From positions 54,126,001-54,190,000 of the forward strand of contig NC_083289.1 in assembly GCF_963506605.1 (NCBI RefSeq): a stretch of DNA of 64,000 nucleotides, written 5' to 3'. Source of the DNA: Zootoca vivipara (Eukaryota). The notes beneath the pieces are model-generated. The model was not told where the DNA came from and searched no databases. It was given only the letters and a program-made list of their open reading frames with translations. The translations under genes and the position numbers were made by a program. Shown here one piece after another: positions 55,701-64,000 of the stretch; positions within the stretch are counted from its first letter, which is position 1; the number at the start of each line of letters is the position of its first letter.

Positions 55701-58700
55701 GGGGTGTCTCTCCTCTTCCCCCACCCTGATCCATTCCACTGTGTTCCTCCTCCTCCTCCTCCTGCAGGAGAAGAGTCTCTGAGTGCCTCGGTTGCAGAGG
55801 AGCTCCTGGCCTGGATGAGGAATGCGCTTGGTCCACGGGTTGCTGCCATCAAGGTGAGGGTCCAGGGCAGGGGAGGGGGGGGCGGGTAAGTAATAATTAG
55901 AATAATTTTATAATTTATACCCTGCCCATCCAGCTCGATTTCCCCAGCCACTCTGAGTGGCTTAGAGCACATAAAACATTGTAAAACATCAGACACAAAA
56001 TATTTCTCAATACAGGGCTACTTTCAGATGTCTTCTAAAAGTCGGATAGTTGTTTATTTCCTTGACATCTGATGGGAGGGCGTTCTACAGGCCAGGTGCC
56101 ACTACCAATAAGGCCCTCCACCTGGTTCCCTCTAACTTCACTTCTAGCAGTGAAGGAACCGCCAGAAGGCCCTCGGAGCTGGACCCCAGTGTCCCGGCTG
56201 AATGATGGGGGTGGAGACGCTCTTTCAGGTATAGTGGCTTTCAGGGTCTTTCAAGGTCATTCAGGTATAGTGGCTTTCAGGGTCTTTCAAGGCCATTCAG
56301 GGCTTTCAAGGTCAGCACCAACGCTTTGAATTGTGCTCGGAAACATACTGGGAGCTAGTGAAGATCCTTTAGAACCAGTGTTATATGGTCCTGGTGGCTG
56401 CATTCTGGATTAGTTGCAGTTTCTGGGTGCTGGAGAGGGTGCATCCTAACAGGCACATATTTCCACATGTTGTGGGAGTGCCCCAAAATTCAACTATTCT
56501 GGACAACAACCATACGGGAAATAAGTAAAATAATGAAGCAAACATTAGAAATGACCCCATAATTGGCCTTTCTAAACATTTTCTAAGACAACAATGCCCA
56601 AGTACACTACAAAGAACTCATAATCCACTTACTCTCCGCAACCAGAAGCACCATAACCAGACACTGGAAAGACCTGTCAGGAGTAAGCATGGACCAATGG
56701 TACCAAATAGTATGGGAAACAGCTCTTCTAGAAAAATTAACCAATAAGCTGAAACTGAGACGGGGACAAATAGAAGAAGACGACTTCACCCCGGTATGGC
56801 TCCCCTTTATCACATACACAGCCCAACAAGACAATGACAAAAATCCACCATCAGCATACAAATCAATATGGCTTACCTGATCCAAAACACCCACCCACCC
56901 CACTCACACATGAAACAAAGACCACCACAGCCAACCACAAATGAACAACCATACCCTTGGCCGATCCCAACCTCTCTCACCACCAAAGGAACACAAGGGA
57001 ACAACAGAGAACCTGCACAAGCGACGCTGACAACCCCCCAACTTATATTAAGTAAAATAGAAACACCGTCACCTGACCCCCCCATCTCCCCCATCTCCTT
57101 CTATCCCCCTCTTTCTTCCCAGTGTCTCAAAACTGAAACCAATTTGTTACGAGAGACATTGCATATATTTCTGTCAATCAAGAAAACCTTTAATAATAAT
57201 AATACTGTAATACCGTAATAAAAAGGTAGCCCCGTGTAGATTGCATGGCAGGAGTCCAAGCAGGAGATAAGCAGAGCATGCACCACTCTGCCTGAGAGGG
57301 AGGCCTGCATTTGCACACATTTTGGCCACCTTGAGGGCTTGGGTCTCGGGAAGCCCCCTGGCTGGGCCTGGCAAGACTTTGGGCTTCAGGGAGGCCTTTC
57401 CAGGATTGGCCGTCACTGGGAGCTCTTTCTGCAGCCACAGTGTGACGTGTCAGGATGGTGGGGACTGTTTGTGTGAAGGGCTGAGAGCGTAAATGACTGG
57501 AAGCAGGGCGGTTGTGGGGGGACCTGGGCAAACCCATGTACCGGCCTGCCATTTCCTCTCAGCAGCCGGGGGGGGGGCTTGCTTCCTGGGACCTGGTGGG
57601 GAGGCAGAAGGGGCAGCTTGGCCTTGACGCCCCAGCCCTCCTTCCCGCAGGTGACTCCGCGCCTGGAGATGCACCCGGCCATGATCACCGTGCTGGAAAT
57701 GGGTGCCGCCCGCCACTTCCTCCGGATGCAGCAGCTGGCCAAGACCACCGAGGAGCGAGCCCAGATCCTGCAGCCCACACTGGAGATCAATACCGGGTAT
57801 TGGGTTTGGGGGCGGGCGGGGGGGCAGGCAGAGCTGGACCTGGGGAAGGGGGGCTCTGAATACATCTGCCTTCCAGCAGGTGCTGGTTGAAGGGCCTGTG
57901 GGCTTCCTCCAGCCCTGGATGTGATGCCCTGGGGACCACATTCTCACCCGGATATCTTGCTTTCGGACGCCTCCCTTTGGGGCCTCTGCAAGGGCTCTCC
58001 TTGGGGAGAGGTGAAGAGGAGGCTTTGGGGGAGGAAGCCCATGCGCTCTGCCTGCTGCAGTGCTCAATCTTCCCCTTCGCCTTCTCTTGCTAGGCATGCT
58101 CTGATCCAGAAGCTCAACCAGCTCCGCTCCAGCCAGCCTGATCTGGCCCTTATGCTGCTTGACCAGGTGAGCTAGCTTCTGCTTCCTCCTCAGGGGAGAA
58201 GCCTAGGCACACACAGGGAGGGACACATGGACTGCCAGGGTCTTGTCATGCCCTAGGAGAGCAGTGGAAGGGGGGGGAGGCATCCAGTGCCTTTGCAATG
58301 TCTGGAGCTGAAACAATTGGCACCTGCACAAGCAGGGAACAATGTAACCCCCTGCCACCCCCACGTGGATTCCCTGGGGCTTCTCTGAGAGCCTTCGAGG
58401 GGTGGGCACAAGAATCATAGAATTATCATAGAAGGGGCCAAGCGGATCATGTATTCCAACCCCCTAGGAGAGCAGCTACTGAGGGGAATGGGTCCCTCCT
58501 GTCATGTTCTCCTTGCCCACTCCTGGCTGGCATTCAGCAGAATCCCATCTCTGTCCCTTGGTGCTCCTGCCATACCCTGGGACACAGCAAGCCAAGGTAG
58601 CCCACTCTACCCCAAGCCGCTTCATTGTTCCTTCCTTTGCTGGCAGATCTACGACAACGCCATGATAGCAGCAGGCCTGAATGATGACCCCCGGCCGATG

Positions 58701-58748
58701 GTGAACCGGCTGAACGAGCTCCTTGCCAAAGCCCTGGAGAAGCACTGA
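46389..58748 (+). CDS. TRAP1: Heat shock protein 75 kDa, mitochondrial (HSP90 family), 18 exons, 704 aa
   Basis: Exons: 46389-46479, 47885-48040, 48172-48254, 50192-50332, 50714-50785, 50982-51142, 51534-51643, 52124-52197, 53041-53196, 53356-53476, 53589-53658, 54725-54872, 55083-55268, 55401-55539, 55768-55853, 57651-57796, 58094-58166, 58647-58748; total 2115 nt in frame. Arg-rich transit peptide, [44 protein letters not shown], ends KALEKH with no MEEVD or KDEL. Confidence 0.97.
46745..46940 (+). mobile_element. CR1 LINE 3' end
   Basis: aggaagaacttcttgacagtaagagctgtt...ttggactggatggcc...ttccaactctatgattctatga. Confidence 0.8.
47078..47243. mobile_element. hAT non-autonomous element, short copy
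   Basis: Perfect 8-bp TSD CCTTATGG (47070-47077, 47244-47251); termini CAGTGATGTCCAA / TTGGACATCCCTG. Confidence 0.8.
48576..48957. mobile_element. hAT non-autonomous element with internal minisatellite
   Basis: Perfect 8-bp TSD TCTTAGGG (48568-48575, 48958-48965); termini CAGGGGTGGCCAAC / GTTGGACATGCCTG. Confidence 0.85.
49749..50085. mobile_element. hAT non-autonomous element with internal minisatellite
   Basis: Perfect 8-bp TSD CTCTAGAG (49741-49748, 50086-50093); same termini as the copy at 48576. Confidence 0.85.
53870..54310 (-). mobile_element. L1/Tx1-like LINE ORF2 3' fragment
   Basis: ORF 53930-54304 ...[18 protein letters not shown]...[17 protein letters not shown]...FEEIWRVF is typical of the C-terminus of non-mammalian L1 ORF2. 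Confidence 0.7.
56430..57205 (+). mobile_element. L1/Tx1-like LINE 3' fragment
   Basis: [13 protein letters not shown] (56465 onward) and [18 protein letters not shown]...[11 protein letters not shown], ending in an (AAT)n tail. Confidence 0.7.
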
Positions 58749-59928
58749 GAGTCCTGCCTGGAGCAGAGCTGCGATAGTTCTGCCTGTCTTCAGAGGGGGG
58801 TCTGGCCTGGCTTGCCTGCTCTTTGGGCAAGCTCTTGGCCTGGGGTCCCACGTCCGGCTCTTGGCCCGTTGGAAAGAGCAGAGGGGTCAGAGTAGAGCCT
58901 CGTGGAGCCGTTGTCCTTTATTTCAAAACGTGTGTTTGTGCAGCCGGCTGTCAGAGTGTGCATTTCTGGACTTCCCTTCAGGCTGCGTGTGTTGGCAGTA
59001 CCTCTAAGTAAAGACTTTTCAACCCCCAGTTCTGAAATGTCTTGCCCTGCTTTTATTCTGAGCCTGTCTGGGAGCGGGTGGTCCTTGGATCCCTTCTACA
59101 GTGCACCTGGGAAGAGAGTGGCTCCGCACTGTTCACAAAACGTACTGGCAGTTAGGACGAAGTGCTTCTAAACATGCACAGAACTCCCCCCGCCCCCAGT
59201 GGCAGATGCAAGGAGCAGATCTTTTCCTGCAGCAGTGAGTTCCGCAGGCTTAGGTTGGAAGGTCAAATGGACTACAGCCAAGAAACTGAAACAAAGCAGC
59301 GGGCCAGCAGCCAAGAGGCCTGATCTTTATTGTTGCAACAAAGCTCCCAGCTACAACATAGGAGCAGACAGAAGCCCCGATCAATGGGTTACATCTCATT
59401 TCAAAGTTTCCCAAAGTTTCCCAGAATGCATCATCAAGACATCATAGATATGTCAGAAAAGGTGCGGTCTCGGGTAGAACCTGAGGCATGCCCCTGTCAC
59501 TCAAATACTGTATAGCCTTCCACACTTACTCCATCACAGTACAAAGGAAAGCATTTACAGTTTCCAGGTCCCGAGTCACGTCAAATACACCCCTTTGTCT
59601 TGACGGGGCTTCATCCACATGGGGTGGGTAGGCATTGTGATTGAGATGGCTACCTGTCTGACACTCTTGGGGCAGGATATCCTCCTTATACCTTATACCT
59701 TATACCTCACTTCCCTGGGTCCTAAATGCCATTGGAACGGAGAAGATTGATACGAGTGATTTCTTATGAATTTCTAAAGTTTTCTCATTGAGCCACTATA
59801 TAGATACATTTATCAGCGAATTGCTACATTTGGTATTGACACTTTCCCTGCTTTCCTTTGTTGGAGACCGCAGGCTCCTGAGCTGAGCTCCCTTTGCAGG
59901 TGCAATCAATGCCTTTGCAGAGATCTAG

Positions 59929-60046
59929 TTACAGGTAGGTAGCCGTGTTGGTCTGAGTCGAAGCAAAATAAAAAAATTCCTTCAGTAGCACCTTAAAGAA
60001 CTTAGTTGGTCTTTAAGGTGCTACTGAAGGAATTTTTTTATTTTGC
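59929..60046. repeat. Penelope-like element end containing a perfect 37-bp inverted repeat
   Basis: Arms 59963-59999 and 60010-60046 are exact reverse complements with a 10-nt loop, preceded by tacaggtaggtagccgtgttggtctg. The family call is from memory. Confidence 0.6.
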
Positions 60047-60389
60047 AGAGATGTTGCTGTTCTTTTCTCTTGACACTGGAGGATTTGCTTTGACAGGTGA
60101 AGGGCGGGGAAATGTGTGTGAGGGACTGGTGTGGTAATGTGCAGCGGAGACTCCTCGTGTGTGTGTGTGTCGGGGGTCCAATTTTCTTGGTCGCTGTGCC
60201 TTGCAAAAGGGGCAGCGCCGTCACAGTCCGGGCGCTTTGCAGAGCTCGCCTGGCCCTTGGCTACCCCGAGGCAGCTGCCTCCTTGAGGGGCAAGTCAAGC
60301 AGCCAGCCTTCTGCTGCCCTTGGACCTGAGCAAGAATCAGCTGGGGGTCTGGAAGGGGAGGGGGGGTCCCGGGGTCATCTACCGTAGTC

Positions 60390-60497
60390 CAGGGTTTCCC
60401 ACTCGGGTCTCCAGCAGTTTTCGGACTACAATTCCCATCATCCCTGACCACTGGTCTTGCTAGCTAAGGATGATGGGAATTGTAGTCCGAAAACTAC
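60390..60497. mobile_element. Palindromic MITE (same core as 17983 and 20446) abutting the SLX4 CpG island
   Basis: ggactacaattcccatcatcc...ggatgatgggaattgtagtcc core. Confidence 0.7.
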
Positions 60498-60499
60498 AG

Positions 60500-60960
60500 C
60501 CCGGCCCTCCCTCCGTCTCGCTCATCCGGCGCGGAGGTGGATCCGCCCATCGGCTCCCAGGCCGGGTCCCGGCATGCTCCGCGCCCCCACCCGACGCCTC
60601 CGGACCCCTTCCGGGGGCGGGGCGGCGCTTCCGCCTCCCATCCTGGCTGCTCTCCCCTTCTGCGTCTCTATGGCGAGTCCTCCGGCCGCGAGCGGCGCAT
60701 GCGCGGCAGGCACTCCGCCGCCCATGGGCGACTCCGAGGACGAGTTCCGGGAGTCCCGCCGCGGGCGCCTCAAAGCCGGGGGTCCGCAGGGGGGTCGCCG
60801 CCTCCGCCGCCGGCCACCTCCCCCTGCTCCTGCCCGCGGGGACGAGGCGGAGGCCCCCGGGAAGACCCAGGATGGCGGAGAAGGAGGCGGAGGGGCCCCT
60901 TCAGGGGCGTCTGGACTCCCCCCCGCATCGCTTCTTGGTATGGCCCCCTTCCTTTTGCTT
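60500..60960 (+). promoter_or_regulatory. SLX4 CpG-island promoter / first exon
   Basis: CpG-dense; GC box ggggcggggc near 60614; NRF1 palindrome GCGCATGCGC at 60695-60704. Confidence 0.7.
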
Positions 60961-63587
60961 CGCTCAGGCGGGTCATACCAATAAGCGATGCGGGGGTGGG
61001 TGTCTCAGCCTGTTTCTGGGGGTTCTGGTGGGGTGGGGGACCTGGGGGACACACACCTGGGGCAGCTCCTCTCTTTGCAGCAGCAGCGATGGAGCCCGCC
61101 TGGTTTTTCCCTGGCAGGAGCCCCTCCAGGAGCGGGAGACGCAGCAGCAGAGGAAGGAGGAAGGGGCAGCCGCCACTGCCAGGAGCAGGCGCAGGGATCC
61201 GCGCAGGTGACGCTGGAGCCCCTGGCACTCCCAGGTGCCTCAGCCAGGAAGGAGGAGGAGGAGAAGGACCATGCCAGGAGGCCACCCGCTTGTGAGGAGG
61301 AGGAGGAGGCATTGAGGGGTGGTCAGTGTCAGGACTGCCCTGTTTCCTGCCACGGCTCGGGGCGGTGTGTGGGGGGCTGGCGATGGGCAGATCCTTCAAC
61401 CCCCCCCCCCCAGCTCAGACACAGTGTTTGCATCCAAGGAAAACAGGATCCTGTCCAAGCCTGCTTGCTGGATTTAAGGTCTGGCTCCCACGGTGGGTCA
61501 CGGTCCAAAGAGGCACCGGCCGTGTCCCAGGCGCCAGACCACCGCCCTCCTCCACACACCCCGCCCAGGGTGTCCCGGGGGTGAGGCTGCTCTGAGGGAG
61601 CCAGGGGGCCTGGGGCTGACTCTCTTCTTCCACCCTAGACCAGTCCTGGGGGTGCCAGGGGGCTGTTCCGGAGGAGCTGCAGCCAGGAAGCCTGGAGGAG
61701 GCAGGCTGGGTGTTCTGCCAGATCTGCCAGAAGGACCTCTCTGCCATGAACTCCGTCCGGAGGGAGCAGCATGTCAACAGGTGGGGGCTCCTTGGTTTGG
61801 GCACTGCTGGGAGACTCTGGCCAGGTGAGCCGTCCTGCTTTTGAGTGGCAGCCTGAGAGAGGCCTGGCTGGGCTGCCTCGGTGTCTGCTGGCTCGGCTTG
61901 TTGCATTTTCTCCTGGGCCTCACCTTCAACAGCCTTGCTGAGAAACAGTGACATCCAGAAAGCCTGGCAGGCAGTGGCTCCAGGCCTTTTTTTCATTTCT
62001 TTGGGAAAGGCTGAAAAGCATTTATCAAAACCAGAGTGACTCATGAACTAATGTATATGTAGGGAATAAAACAGGTCTATTTATATATACATTGCATATA
62101 CATACCGTATATGTACATATATATACATTTATACATACATACGTATGTGTAACAAACTACATTTTCATGTTTTTTTCTTTTCTATTTAATCTGTAAAGAG
62201 TTCAACCAAATATGACTAAAATCTAAATAAAAAACAAAAGGCTGCTTTTGAAGCTGACTTGGGGGGGGCGGGGGGGGGGGCGTCTCCTCTGCTCCGAGGG
62301 CTTCCTGCCTGAAGAGACTCTGCTTTTCCTCCAGGTGCCTGGATGACCTAGAGGGCCCCCTTCCTGCCCCCCCTGCTGCCAGGGGCCCTGTTGTTCCCGA
62401 GTGCCCCATCTGCGGAAAGGGCTTCAGCTCCCTCAGGAGCCGGGGCGGCCACTTGAAGCGCTGCGCAGCCAGGATGGAGGTCCCCCCCACGCTGCTCCTT
62501 CAGGCGGTGCGGCAGCAGCAACAGGAGACCTTGCTCCTTGGCCTCCCAGCTGCCCAGAGGTGAGTCCAGAGTCCTACCAAGCAATAGCCCAATGGATGTG
62601 GAGTCTTGCTCAGGGAAGCTGTCCTGCTCTCTTTCCCCTCTTGGCCTCTGGAGTTAACAGGGTGGGCCTGGGGCGCAATGAATGCCTCACTTGGGCCGAG
62701 GGGAGGAGGGGGTGCTGCGCCCGTTCCCCTTCTTGAGAAGACCTCTCTGGACCCCCAAGTGCTGAGCAACCCTCCTCCTTTTGGGACTTGGAGAAAAGCG
62801 CTTCCCTGCCTCCAGGCTTGCTCAGTGGTGCTGAAGTGGCTTGGTCACCCTGGCTGGGGACGTCACACTTGTCATGGGAAGGCTCACTCTTCTCCTTCTC
62901 CTCGGTCTTTTGGCGCTGGGGACCTTGCTGTCCTTCTGGAGCGGCCCAGGGAGGTGGGCACTGGGGACATCGTAAGCCAGTGATTTTGCTGCTGCCTCCA
63001 GGACCATTTTTAGAAAGGGCACTGCTTGGTACCACGGGGCACTTTCTGTGGCCTCCTGCTCCCTTCTTGTTCCTTGCCCTATTTGATGTCTGTCTGAAGC
63101 AGCTGGGAGCTGTCATTGTCTGGAGGTCAGGAGTGAGATCTCCCCAGTAGCTCTGCTTGAATCAGAAGAGGTGGTTCAGATGCTTAGAGACGGAGCTGCC
63201 CTGACGTGAGGGAGCTTCCTGGCCAGCCGAGATAGGAGCATCTCCCCTCTGAAAGGCAGCCTGGTCTGTAGACATGAGTGATGCAGGGCGCTTAGGGTGG
63301 TCTGCTCAGATTGGGGGGGGGGCAGCTGCTGCCCACTGCAGCTCCTGAGGTGGGTTAACCGACCTCTCCTGCCCCGTCCAGCGGGTCCAAGCGAAAAGGC
63401 GCCTCTTCCACGCAACGCTTGCCGAAGAAGCGCAAGGTGGCGGCCGAGGTGGACGGAGCGACGGAGGACCTGCTGGTTGCCATGGCGATGTCCCGCTCTC
63501 TCTTGGAGGAGGAGGAGGGGAAGGCCAAACAGCTGGCTGGGAGCAGGCAGGATGGCGCTTTGAAAAGCAGGAAGCCCCGAAAAGCAG
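60724..63587 (+). CDS. SLX4: Structure-specific endonuclease subunit SLX4 (FANCP), 5' exons; continues beyond the window
   Basis: Exons: 60724-60937 (MGDSEDEFRE), 61118-61321 (less certain), 61639-61780 (UBZ1 FCQICQKDLSAMNSVRREQHVNR), 62335-62559 (CLD...UBZ2 ECPICGKGFSSLRSRGGHLKRCA), 63382-63587 (MLR region EDLLVAMAMSRSL). An in-frame upstream ATG also exists at 60670. Confidence 0.92.
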
Positions 63588-64000
63588 GTGAGCTGCAGGT
63601 GGAAGGTGGTTGGCACCCAGGGAAGGTCTGGCAGCTGCCTCTGGCTTCTGGGCTCAAGGGAACAGGCAGGTGTCTTCTATGTCCTCTCGAAATGTGCTCC
63701 AGGCCAGACGCAGGTCCATTTCCTGCATTTCTGTCTGTGGTTGCGATTTCTTCACTGCGGGGGGTTGGACTGGATGACCCCTGGGGTCTCTTTCCCCCTC
63801 CCTGACTCTCTCCTGCCAGCATCCTTCAAAAGAAGCTTCTCAGACAAAGTGCCGTTGTTCCCAGAGGGCGATGTGGGGAACGGCTGTGGCCCCCGCTGCA
63901 TTGGGGCTGCTTCCTCCCCCTGCTTCTCCTCCTTGCCCTTCGGAGGCCTGGGCAACGCTTGCTGTGGGGCAGGCCGGGGCTTCCTCCGTGGGGAGACTGG

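Overview
Eukaryotic, GC-rich vertebrate genomic DNA. The repeat content (Sauria-type SINEs, Bov-B/RTE, L2, CR1, hAT and Tc1 MITEs) points to a squamate, probably a lacertid lizard. The region is syntenic with human 16p13.3. I rebuilt spliced gene models by hand from GT/AG boundaries and reading-frame continuity: 3' end of AXIN1 (+), PDIA2 (-, 11 exons, 527 aa), an unexpected compact ankyrin + pre-SET/SET/post-SET G9a/GLP(EHMT)-like lysine methyltransferase gene (+, about 508 aa), RGS11 (+, 17 exons, 480 aa), FAM234A (-, 551 aa), TRAP1 (+, 18 exons, 704 aa) and the 5' part of SLX4 (+). Highlights: (1) an apparently intact third EHMT paralog sits where human has ARHGDIG; it keeps the catalytic residues but has lost the acidic H3-Arg8 pocket and one methyl-lysine cage Trp. 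(2) PDIA2 has neither CXXC motif intact (SGHC and CPHS). (3) FAM234A and TRAP1 are joined head-to-head at one CpG-island promoter, and DNASE1 is not seen between TRAP1 and SLX4. Most entries in the ORF track are GC-rich noise. Homology statements come from recalled protein sequences, not from database searches.
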